A stretch of 64,000 nt of DNA, taken from assembly GCA_964594215.1 (NCBI GenBank), contig CAZQLN010000001.1, positions 103,638 to 167,637 of the forward strand, written 5' to 3'. Source of the DNA: an uncultured Bdellovibrionales bacterium. GTDB taxonomy: Bacteria; Patescibacteriota; Minisyncoccia; Moranbacterales; UBA1568. The number at the start of each line of letters is the position of its first letter. Positions within the stretch are counted from its first letter, which is position 1. The position numbers and the translations under genes are program-made. Shown here one piece after another: positions 48,903 to 57,494 of this stretch. Below the pieces are notes generated by a model, which searched no databases, was not told the origin of the DNA, and was given only the letters and a program-made list of their open reading frames with translations.

Positions 48903-50512
48903 ATCAACAGACTCTTTCTTTACAGGTAGATAAGGTACTTCGGTGGCCATGGGAAACTATCGGACAATTTGTTCTCATCGGTCTTTTGAGTTTCCTATTA
49001 GCGTGTTGGTCTTTCGAGCCAGCTTTGGTTTTTGATGAAGTTCATATTCTTTTCTATACCTTTCTACTACTTCTGATGTGTCTGTATCGACCTGCATGGA
49101 GTTTCTTTCTATTGGTAGCTCTCCTTCCATTAGAGACTACGAATTTATTGCCACCAACCTTTGGTCTAGCCCTAAGGCCGTATCAACTAGTGACTTTTGT
49201 GTTGGCACTGGCTCTTTTAATCCAACTTCTGACCAAAAGAATCACCTGGCCACTCTTCTCATTGAGCCGTACGGATCTTGGTGTGGCTGTCTTGGGTTTT
49301 GGATCATTGCTCGCTGTGGTCGGATCTTTAGAACCAGGTATCGCCTTTAAGGCGACAGTCATTCTGGTTTCTTTTATGGGACTGTATGCTATTTTCCGCT
49401 ATTTTCTAAGTCAGAGTATTCTCCAAGGGCAAGCTCTTATCGCCTTTGGTATTGGTACGGGGATTGTCTTTCTGATTGCTCTTTGGCAGAACATAGCCTT
49501 TCTTCACGGCTACAAAGCGGGTATGGTGATGGAGGGCAGGCCGAATAGCACTTTTTTTGAAGCGGATTGGCTTGGTTTTTTCAGTGCACTTATAGTTCTT
49601 CTCGGCATTGCTCTGGTCTGGTATGGATTTAAGCAGAAGTATAATCGTCGCCATCCAAGCTGGTTTAGTGGCCTGGTACTGATTCTTGTTCTTGCGTGGG
49701 TGGTTTTGATTTTGACTGTGGCTCGTAGTGCTTGGTTGGCTACTTTGGTGGGGATGGGTGTTTTATTCAGCGGGGGAGTATATTACGTTTCTCGAGATTG
49801 GTGGAAGCGTAGGCTCTTATTGCTCACAACCGCTACCACCATGATACTCGGTATAGCTGCATTGGTACTCGTGACAGCAAGTGGACTGACTCGTTTTGAT
49901 ATCCAAGATCGTCTCTCGAGCACAGCGACAGGAGAGCAAGTCATTACAGTTGCCTGTAATACACCGACACAACTACCAGAAACGATTTCTTCGGTTGAAG
50001 TACTTCCGACCTACGGTTGTCAGCATATTCGTCTGGAGGAAAAGGAGATCCTCAAGAATGCTGGTATGAGTATTCAGGAAGTAAAGCGCGCAGATCCTAA
50101 TTTTCAGACACGTAGTCAGATCTACCAAAAAACCTTTAGCCTAATCCAAGCTCACTGGTTCCTCGGAGTTGGGGGAGGTAATAGTGCTCTGGTACTGGGT
50201 ACTGATGAGCGTGGAGCCGGTCTTAATGCAAGTAATCTGTTTTTGGAGACCTGGCTTTCTGATGGCTTGGTGGGCTTACTCGCACTTCTTTTTATCCTTG
50301 GCTTCATTTTAATGGGACTGATTCATGAGACTCGCCTGGGCTCAGAAAAACACCTCCTTGGTCTCAGCCTTCTGTTTACCCTTATAGTCTTTAACCTTTT
50401 TAATTCAGGGATGCTTCTCGGTATTTTCTTTGGGCTACTGGCGTATCTTGCCACCCTTCGTGAAGAAAGTGGCAACACTGTCAAGCTGGAAACAGATTTC
50501 AAGATTCTATGA
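48899..50512 (+). CDS. O-antigen ligase/polymerase-like (Wzy_C family) polytopic membrane protein
   Basis: The 537 aa protein has about 12 TM helices. It carries the Wzy_C-type periplasmic loop motif ARSAWLATLVGMG. Confidence 0.6.
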   Translation: MNQQTLSLQVDKVLRWPWETIGQFVLIGLLSFLLACWSFEPALVFDEVHILFYTFLLLLMCLYRPAWSFFLLVALLPLETTNLLPPTFGLALRPYQLVTFVLALALLIQLLTKRITWPLFSLSRTDLGVAVLGFGSLLAVVGSLEPGIAFKATVILVSFMGLYAIFRYFLSQSILQGQALIAFGIGTGIVFLIALWQNIAFLHGYKAGMVMEGRPNSTFFEADWLGFFSALIVLLGIALVWYGFKQKYNRRHPSWFSGLVLILVLAWVVLILTVARSAWLATLVGMGVLFSGGVYYVSRDWWKRRLLLLTTATTMILGIAALVLVTASGLTRFDIQDRLSSTATGEQVITVACNTPTQLPETISSVEVLPTYGCQHIRLEEKEILKNAGMSIQEVKRADPNFQTRSQIYQKTFSLIQAHWFLGVGGGNSALVLGTDERGAGLNASNLFLETWLSDGLVGLLALLFILGFILMGLIHETRLGSEKHLLGLSLLFTLIVFNLFNSGMLLGIFFGLLAYLATLREESGNTVKLETDFKIL

Positions 50513-51672
50513 TACAAGAAACACTCGCTAAAAAAAGAGCGATCGATATTCGCATGTTGGGACGTAAGCGGACTGGTGATGAGACAGTTTTTTTTGAGTT
50601 GACTCGAGAAATTCTCCGTCAGGATCATGAACACCAGTATCTCCTTTTGACCAATGAGACGGATCCAGAAGCTTTGAATATTCTGCATACCCGCTTGGAG
50701 ATCTCCACAAATGACTCACGAAGAAAAATAGTCGTTCTTCCAACCGCTAACCGTTTTTGGTGGAACTTATTTACTCTGCCACGCTTTCTTCGGGATCAAA
50801 AAATAGCATTGTTCCATACCCAGTACATCTTGCCGTTTTGGGTGCCTACTTTTACCAAGGTTATCAATCATATTCACGATGTTTCTTTTTGTGCTTTACC
50901 CAAGTTTATCGGGAAGAAGGATTTGTTTTTCCTGCGCCTGCTTATTCCACGCTCATTACGAATGAGTACCTATATTGTAGTGCCCAGCCAATTTACTAAA
51001 GAAGAAGTTATCAAATATTATGGTACCGAAGAAAAAAAGATAGTAGTTATCCCCAATGCTCTTGGGAGTCATTTTCTTGCCGAGCTCAATAGAGAGAGTA
51101 GTGACGAGACTATCCGTGATAAGTATCATTTACCGACCACATTTTTGCTTTATGTTGGGACACTTCAACCACGTAAAAATATTCCTCTTCTGATCAAGGC
51201 TTTTGCCACTTACCAGTCACGTTTTCCTGATACGAAGTTAGTTATCGTCGGGAACAAGAAGGCGCATAACTTTGATCAGACTATCGATGAGACTCTGGCT
51301 TCTATTGAGGGGTCTTCAGACATAGTTTTTCCTGGTTATATCGATGAGGCTGACCTACCACGCATTTACCAAATGGCTAAGACATTTATTTTCCCAAGTC
51401 TCTATGAAGGCTTCGGCATACCTCTACTCGAAGCCATGAGTCAGTCAATACCAGTTTTGGCTTCAAATATACCTTCTTTACGTGAAGTAGGAGGTACAGC
51501 AGTGTTGTATTTCGATCCCAAAAGCGTTGACTCACTGGTGCAAGCATTGTATTCTTTAGAAGATTCACTCACACGAAGAACAGAGCTTATCACGCAAGGT
51601 GACAGGCGTTTAGAGCACTTTTCTTGGACCAAGAGCGGAACAAAATTACTGACCCTCTACAACAGTTGCTAG
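50509..51672 (+). CDS. glycosyltransferase family 4
   Basis: YEGFGIPLLEAMSQSIPVLASNIPSLREVGG is the GT4 signature. Confidence 0.8.
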   Translation: MIQETLAKKRAIDIRMLGRKRTGDETVFFELTREILRQDHEHQYLLLTNETDPEALNILHTRLEISTNDSRRKIVVLPTANRFWWNLFTLPRFLRDQKIALFHTQYILPFWVPTFTKVINHIHDVSFCALPKFIGKKDLFFLRLLIPRSLRMSTYIVVPSQFTKEEVIKYYGTEEKKIVVIPNALGSHFLAELNRESSDETIRDKYHLPTTFLLYVGTLQPRKNIPLLIKAFATYQSRFPDTKLVIVGNKKAHNFDQTIDETLASIEGSSDIVFPGYIDEADLPRIYQMAKTFIFPSLYEGFGIPLLEAMSQSIPVLASNIPSLREVGGTAVLYFDPKSVDSLVQALYSLEDSLTRRTELITQGDRRLEHFSWTKSGTKLLTLYNSC

Positions 51673-51705
51673 AGAGCCAGGCATTCATTTTTTAGAGATG
51701 TATCT

Positions 51706-52905
51706 ATGGCATTTACACGTACCAATACCCAAAATAGTTCTCCAGAAGGACCAAAAATTAATACTAAGAAAAGAGTCATTCGCATCGCCATCTTCGTGGT
51801 GGTTTTGCTTCTTATAGTCGGAGGAGCCTTTGCTCTTAAGACTGGTTTCGCCTTGAATAAAATTACGCAAGGTGATGGGAGTATTTTCAAAAGCATCCTT
51901 AAGTCTCTTCCGGGGGTAGAAAAAATTCTCGAAGGTGAAAAAGAGGGAAGAGTGAACATTTTACTTCTCGGTATGCGTGGAGAAAACGTACCAGGCGGAG
52001 GTCTTTTGGCTGATACCATCATGGTGCTTTCTATTCATCCCAAGGGGGAGGACCCCAACGATGTCAGCAAGGCTTCTCTTATCTCTATTCCTCGTGACCT
52101 TTACGTGACCGTGCCTGGTGGTTCAGAACAGCGCAAGATTAACGCTGTCTTTGCTCTTGGCGAGGAACGACGTCATGGCGGTGGTGGGATGCAGGATATG
52201 CGTCAGGTAGTATCTGAGGTTATCGGGCAGCCAGTGCCATATGCAGTGACGATTAATTTTCAAGGTTTCAAGGATGTAGTCAATTCTCTCGGGGGCATCC
52301 AAGTGACACTCAAAGAGCCTTTTACCGAAGCCTTGCAGTTCCGTGAGCCTCAAGTTTGTGATCCCTATGTCTATACTGAACCGACCAATCCGCCACAGTA
52401 TCAGGACAAATATCATAAACGCAAAGATGGTACGAAGTACGTAGCCAAATCATATCCGCTCTGCTACAACAAGCAGCTTGAATGTGGTGGCGAGTTTTCT
52501 CTCCCAGCTGGAGTCAATACGCTTGATGGTGACAAAGCTCTCTGTTATTCGCGAGCGCGTTATCAGACCAATGACTTCGAACGTGCTGCTCGTCAGCAAA
52601 CCGTGATTCAGGCAATTAAGGCTAAGGCACTCAGTGTAGGAACGCTCACAGACTTCTCTAAGATCAATGCCCTGATTGATAGTCTTGGCAACAACACCAC
52701 GACTAACTTCCAGGCTTGGGAAATTAAGCGAGCCTTCGATCTCTATCAGACCCTTGGTGATGTACCGCTTAATCAGAAAGTCCTCTCTGATTCTGAAGAG
52801 GGACTTCTCTATGCTCCGCCAATAACTGAAGGTTCTGGATATATCCTCTTACCACGCGGTGATAACTACGAACGTATTCATGAATTGTTCCGCAACTCTC
52901 TGTAA
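51706..52905 (+). CDS. LytR-CpsA-Psr (LCP) family glycopolymer-peptidoglycan phosphotransferase
   Basis: The protein has an N-terminal TM anchor followed by NILLLGMRGE...ADTIMVLSIHP...LISIPRDLYV, the LCP catalytic-domain signature. Confidence 0.75.
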   Translation: MAFTRTNTQNSSPEGPKINTKKRVIRIAIFVVVLLLIVGGAFALKTGFALNKITQGDGSIFKSILKSLPGVEKILEGEKEGRVNILLLGMRGENVPGGGLLADTIMVLSIHPKGEDPNDVSKASLISIPRDLYVTVPGGSEQRKINAVFALGEERRHGGGGMQDMRQVVSEVIGQPVPYAVTINFQGFKDVVNSLGGIQVTLKEPFTEALQFREPQVCDPYVYTEPTNPPQYQDKYHKRKDGTKYVAKSYPLCYNKQLECGGEFSLPAGVNTLDGDKALCYSRARYQTNDFERAARQQTVIQAIKAKALSVGTLTDFSKINALIDSLGNNTTTNFQAWEIKRAFDLYQTLGDVPLNQKVLSDSEEGLLYAPPITEGSGYILLPRGDNYERIHELFRNSL

Positions 52906-52914
52906 CAGTATTCT

Positions 52915-53742
52915 ATGGAATCTCTAGAGCTCTCGATTGCCGTTAATACCTACAAAAGTCCGGAGCTTCTCCGTTTGTGTTTGGAATCTATAGAGCGGTT
53001 CATGCCAGCGAGTGGCATCCGTTATGAAGTGATGGTGGTAGATAGCGCTACCGAAGAAGATACTGAGATGATGATGCGGGAAGATTTTCCCAATGTCCGT
53101 TTTTTGCCATTTCATGAAAACGTAGGGTTTAAATCCTTGATCAACACCTCGCTTGATGAGGCAAAAGGCGAATACGTATTTCTCATTAACGGAGATATTA
53201 TCTTGACCGAAGGCGCTGTACCAGAACTTCTTACCTACCTTCGTGAACATCAGGATATTGGTATCTTGGGACCAAAACAGTTCAACTTCAATGGTTCTAT
53301 CCAACAGAGTTTTTTCCGTTTTTACAAACCAGCTACTATTCTCTATCGAAGAACTTTTCTTGGTCGCTTCGCTTTTGCGAAACGCCATTTGGACTGGTTT
53401 AGTATGAAAGAAATTGGTGATCCCAAAGAACCTATCCCAGCTGAATGGATTATTGGTTCAGCTCTTCTAGTGAGACGTAAAGTTGCTCTCGAAGTGGGTT
53501 ACATGGACAATCGTTTCTTTATGTACATGGAAGATGTGGACTGGTGTCGTCGGTTTTGGGAAAAGGGTCTACGAGTGGTGTATTATCCGAAGTGCTTCGT
53601 TTACCACTATCACGGTAAGGGGAGTGCTCAAGGAGGCTTCTTCCGTTCATTGCTTTCTAACAAACTCACTTGGTATCATATTGAAAGCGCTATCAAGTAT
53701 TTCTGGAAGTATCGTGGCCAGAAATCACCAACCATTTATTAA
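52915..53742 (+). CDS. family-2 glycosyltransferase (WbbL/rhamnosyltransferase-like)
   Basis: Signatures are VVDSATEEDT, FLINGDI and MEDVDWCRRFWEKG (an ED-x-D...R motif). Confidence 0.7.
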   Translation: MESLELSIAVNTYKSPELLRLCLESIERFMPASGIRYEVMVVDSATEEDTEMMMREDFPNVRFLPFHENVGFKSLINTSLDEAKGEYVFLINGDIILTEGAVPELLTYLREHQDIGILGPKQFNFNGSIQQSFFRFYKPATILYRRTFLGRFAFAKRHLDWFSMKEIGDPKEPIPAEWIIGSALLVRRKVALEVGYMDNRFFMYMEDVDWCRRFWEKGLRVVYYPKCFVYHYHGKGSAQGGFFRSLLSNKLTWYHIESAIKYFWKYRGQKSPTIY

Positions 53743-53761
53743 TTTTTTGACAGACAGTCCC

Positions 53762-55060
53762 ATGGAAACTCCTACTGAAAATGTACCTACCCCAGATATG
53801 GCTAGTGATGAGCTGGTTTATGCCAAGCAGAAACGCCTTTTTCATAAGAGTTTTTTTGTTTTTTCAATGCTCTTTTTATTAGGGCTTAGTTTTTGGGCTG
53901 GCTTTAGGCAGGGTCAAGAAAAATCAAACCAAGGAGGAGGTAGTAGTGATGGGGTGATTTCACCGGAAGAAGTCATGTTTTTAAACAAAGAAAATCCGGA
54001 TAAGAGTATTGATTTTGGTCTGTTTTGGAAGGTTTGGGGATTGCTACGTGATAAATATGTAGACAGTAAAGACCTTGACTCTAAGAAGCTCTTCTACGGA
54101 GCTATTGATGGTATGCTCGCAGCTACTGGTGATCCATACACCACTTTCTTTAGTCCAGAAGAAAACGCTGAATTCAAAGAAGAGATCTCTGGCACTTTTT
54201 CTGGTATTGGTGCTGAGATGGGTCTCAAGGATGAGATCATCACAGTCATTGCTCCACTTGAGGGAACACCAGCAGAAAAAGCCGGTCTACTTGCTGGAGA
54301 TAAGGTAGTGCAGATTGATGGCGAAAGTACCACTGCGCTTTCTCTTGACGAAGCCGTAAAGAAGATTCGTGGCGAGAAGGGGACAATAGTTAAACTCACT
54401 ATTTTTCGCCAAGGGGAAGAAAATACCCGTGAGGTTTCGGTTACTCGCGATACTATCGTAGTGAAGAGTGTTCGTTTTGAGATGAAAGACGATGGGATTG
54501 CCTTGATTCGAGTGAGTCGTTTCGGTGATGATACTGAAGCTGGTTTTGCAGAAGCTGTGAAACAAGTAAAAGCGAGCAATGCCAAGGGTCTTATTATTGA
54601 TCTTCGTAATAACCCTGGTGGTTACCTCGAAGCCGCAGTCGAAATGGGTAGTCTGATGCTACCGAGCCAGAAGATAGTAGTTATGGAGGAATCTGGTGAT
54701 GGGACACGCAAAGAAATGAAAACTCGTGGTGGAGATGTACTCTCGGGACTGAAGACGGTGGTATTGATCAATCAGGGAAGTGCGAGTGCTTCAGAAATCC
54801 TTGCAGGGGCTCTGCGTGAGAACCGCGACAATGTCACTTTGGTTGGGAAGAAGTCTTTTGGGAAAGGGTCTGTTCAGGAGTTGATCAATGTCACACAGGA
54901 TACAGCTGTGAAGATCACTGTTGCCAAATGGCTCACCCCTAAAGGGAATCAGATTAATAAGGTGGGTATTAGTCCCGATGTTGATGTAGATATCTCAGCT
55001 AATGATATTGAAAACAAACGCGATCCACAGCTAGATAAGGCTCTTGAACTCCTACGCTAA
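53762..55060 (+). CDS. ctpA: S41 carboxyl-terminal processing protease with PDZ domain
   Basis: It has an N-terminal TM helix, a PDZ segment (GDKVVQIDGEST) and the S41 motifs GLIIDLRNNPGGYL and SASASE. The ATG is at 53762; the six-frame ORF is open from 53483. Confidence 0.8.
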   Translation: METPTENVPTPDMASDELVYAKQKRLFHKSFFVFSMLFLLGLSFWAGFRQGQEKSNQGGGSSDGVISPEEVMFLNKENPDKSIDFGLFWKVWGLLRDKYVDSKDLDSKKLFYGAIDGMLAATGDPYTTFFSPEENAEFKEEISGTFSGIGAEMGLKDEIITVIAPLEGTPAEKAGLLAGDKVVQIDGESTTALSLDEAVKKIRGEKGTIVKLTIFRQGEENTREVSVTRDTIVVKSVRFEMKDDGIALIRVSRFGDDTEAGFAEAVKQVKASNAKGLIIDLRNNPGGYLEAAVEMGSLMLPSQKIVVMEESGDGTRKEMKTRGGDVLSGLKTVVLINQGSASASEILAGALRENRDNVTLVGKKSFGKGSVQELINVTQDTAVKITVAKWLTPKGNQINKVGISPDVDVDISANDIENKRDPQLDKALELLR

Positions 55061-55075
55061 GAGCAACTAAATAAT

Positions 55076-55114
55076 AAAAAACCTCCAGGAGAGTAAGTCT
55101 TGGAGGTTTTTTAT
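55076..55114. terminator. bidirectional rho-independent terminator between convergent ctpA and rhodanese genes
   Basis: AAAAAACCTCCAGGA-GAGTAAGT-CTTGGAGGTTTTTT is a 9 bp stem flanked by A and T tracts. Confidence 0.65.
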
Positions 55115-55127
55115 TTGATATCTATTT

Positions 55128-55940
55128 CTAGGGTTCTAGAGGAAGAGGAGAACCAGTTTTCAAATGGTCATTACCGCGGAGGGTTTTGACGGTGAAAAAA
55201 TTGAGATCAAACAAGCGTACGCCAGCGCGGAAAGACTCCATTTCATTTTCTCCATAGACTATCAGATCTTTGCCGGGAGGAATATCACCAGTACGTTTCT
55301 CAAGTTCATCAAGAGTGATATGGACTGCGCCTTTGATATGCTTTCGTTTGTAATTTTCTTCTGACTGAGTATCGAGAATAGCGATGTTTGAAGCTCCTAT
55401 GAGAGGGATAAGATTTTCTTTGGTAATGAAAGTCACTTTGGATTGGTCAACAAAATCGCTAGGATCACCACTAGAGATCACGGGATAACCCTTGCCTGAC
55501 CACTCTTCGAAACCACCAGCTAGGAACCAGGCCTCAATATTTTTAGATTTGAGGACACCCTCAGCCAATTCATTAGCATCAGGGCTTGCGCTAGAGCCAA
55601 TGATGACCAAGAGGGGACCTTCTTCCTTTTGGAAGTTAATCAGGTTTTCGCTCGGAAAAGAGCGGCTTTGCGGGATGTGCTTGAGGGCGAATTGCTCTTC
55701 ACTACGGATATCGAGGAGCATCACTTTTTCATGACGAGCCAGTTTGGCTTGGAGATCACTCGGGGTGATTGTTTGGCGAACCGGAGCATCAGAACTATCG
55801 GAGCTACTATAAGTGCCAGAATCTTCTTCACCGCTATTATTCCAAAAACTTTTCCCAATAAAAAAAACACCTACAAGCAAAATACTTGCCATACCGATAC
55901 TGATAACTTGCATATTTTTTTTATCGAGACCGCGTTCCAT
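55128..55940 (-). CDS. membrane-anchored tandem rhodanese-like domain protein (no active-site Cys evident)
   Basis: It has an N-terminal TM helix and two rhodanese-like repeats (LLDIRSEEQF...LLVIIGSSAS and ILDTQSEENY...LIVYGENEME). Neither carries the catalytic Cys-X5-R loop. Confidence 0.55.
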   Translation of the reverse strand: MERGLDKKNMQVISIGMASILLVGVFFIGKSFWNNSGEEDSGTYSSSDSSDAPVRQTITPSDLQAKLARHEKVMLLDIRSEEQFALKHIPQSRSFPSENLINFQKEEGPLLVIIGSSASPDANELAEGVLKSKNIEAWFLAGGFEEWSGKGYPVISSGDPSDFVDQSKVTFITKENLIPLIGASNIAILDTQSEENYKRKHIKGAVHITLDELEKRTGDIPPGKDLIVYGENEMESFRAGVRLFDLNFFTVKTLRGNDHLKTGSPLPLEP

Positions 55941-55957
55941 AGGAGGGGAAGACTAAA

Positions 55958-57037
55958 CTATTTGAGGGTGCTACCGATGAAGTTCGGATTCCCTTTGATA
56001 AATTCAGAAACCAACATACGATTACGTCCTTCGAGTTGGATTTCTTCTAACACTATCATACCATGTTCTGCCTGAACGACGATGCTACCTTCATGTTCCA
56101 GTACCATACCATGAGTAGGGGAAAGGGTAAGGTCTTTGAGTAGGCGGATGGCGTGAAGTTTGAGACGAGTCACGCCGTTTTTTTGTGGCCAAAAAGTATA
56201 GAGTCCGGGCCAGGGAGTCAGTGCGCGGTACTGATTATAGATACGTGAAGCCTCGGTACTCCAGATTACTTGACCATCGGAGCGTTCAATCAGTTGGCAG
56301 AGTGTCGCACCAGTAGTGGGCTGAGGAGTGCTTGGAAGTTGGTGCTTCACATAGAGAGGGAGATCGGAAGAGAGCATTTTTTTAGCAAGCAAAGTGAGTT
56401 TAGAGGTGAGCTGCTCAAGCATTTCATCGGGATGGATTTTCACGGTTCGTTGGGTGATGATATTACCCGTGTCCATTCCGGTGTCCATTTGCATCAGAGT
56501 TATACCAGTTGCTTCTTGGCCATCAATAAGGGCATTATGAATAGGAGAAGAGCCACGATAAAGAGGGAGGAGAGAAGCATGAACATTAACTGCTCCGAAA
56601 CCGGGCAGCTCGAGGAAGCGTTTAGGTAAGATCTTGCCATAGGCAGCCACAATGATGATATCTGGTGAAAGTTCTTTGAACGCGGTAAAAGCAGCGTCAT
56701 CGAGTTTTTCGGGCTGAAGAACAGGAAGAGAGTGTTCGAGAGCGAGTTTTTTGACTGCACTGACAGTGACTTCTCCTTTGCGACCAGAAGGTTTGTCAGC
56801 TTTTGTTATCACCCCGACGATATGGTAGTGATCTTCAATCAGGGTCGCTAGGAGATCAGCGGCAAAAGGGGGTGTTCCCATAAAAACTACTCTGATTTGG
56901 GGAGCCGGAGCTTTTTGGGCAGGAGTAGCCTTTGAGGAAGCTTTTGTGTGTGAAGTCTCTTTAGAAAAGAGTTTAGTCCAGAGTCCCATAGAGTTTTTTG
57001 TATTGTGGGTTTTTGTGTTGTTTGGCGTAGCGATCAC
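55958..57037 (-). CDS. fmt: methionyl-tRNA formyltransferase
   Basis: The core IRVVFMGTPPFAADLL...SLLPLYRGSSPIHNALIDG and the C-terminal domain are Fmt features. An unusual roughly 48 aa K/T/S/A/P-rich N-terminal extension is present; the true start is uncertain. Confidence 0.8.
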   Translation of the reverse strand: MIATPNNTKTHNTKNSMGLWTKLFSKETSHTKASSKATPAQKAPAPQIRVVFMGTPPFAADLLATLIEDHYHIVGVITKADKPSGRKGEVTVSAVKKLALEHSLPVLQPEKLDDAAFTAFKELSPDIIIVAAYGKILPKRFLELPGFGAVNVHASLLPLYRGSSPIHNALIDGQEATGITLMQMDTGMDTGNIITQRTVKIHPDEMLEQLTSKLTLLAKKMLSSDLPLYVKHQLPSTPQPTTGATLCQLIERSDGQVIWSTEASRIYNQYRALTPWPGLYTFWPQKNGVTRLKLHAIRLLKDLTLSPTHGMVLEHEGSIVVQAEHGMIVLEEIQLEGRNRMLVSEFIKGNPNFIGSTLK

Positions 57038-57494
57038 AGATGAGGATACCGTCGAGGTGATCTACTTCATGCTGGATGACAATAGCAAGAAAACCGGTTG
57101 CCCGAATTTTTTTAGGCAAACCTCGCTCATCCTGATACTTGAGGGTGAGGCTTTCAGAACGGACAATAGAGAAATATTGACCGGGTAAACTCAGACAGCC
57201 TTCTTCGAAAAGGACTTTTTCTTGCGAGAGGGAAGTAATCTCTGGATTGATGAGAGTGTAGAGAACATCATCAGCGAGAGCAATAGCTAGGCGGATAGAT
57301 TTACCGATTTGAGGAGCTGCCAGACCTACGCCCTCGGCTTTGTGCATAGTTTCCTTCATCTGAGGAAGCAGGGCTTGAATTTCCGGTGCGAGTGCATCGG
57401 CTACGAGAGCGGTTTTCTTCTTGAGAATAGCGGTTTCAGCACCAGTGACAAGAGTGAGCATAGGGTTAGGAAAAACGGAGTGGATGACGATCAA
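56973..57494 (-). CDS. def: peptide deformylase
   Basis: The three Def motifs GVGLAAPQIG, EGCLSLPG and QHEVDHLDG are all present. Confidence 0.9.
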   Translation of the reverse strand: MIVIHSVFPNPMLTLVTGAETAILKKKTALVADALAPEIQALLPQMKETMHKAEGVGLAAPQIGKSIRLAIALADDVLYTLINPEITSLSQEKVLFEEGCLSLPGQYFSIVRSESLTLKYQDERGLPKKIRATGFLAIVIQHEVDHLDGILICDRYAKQHKNPQYKKLYGTLD

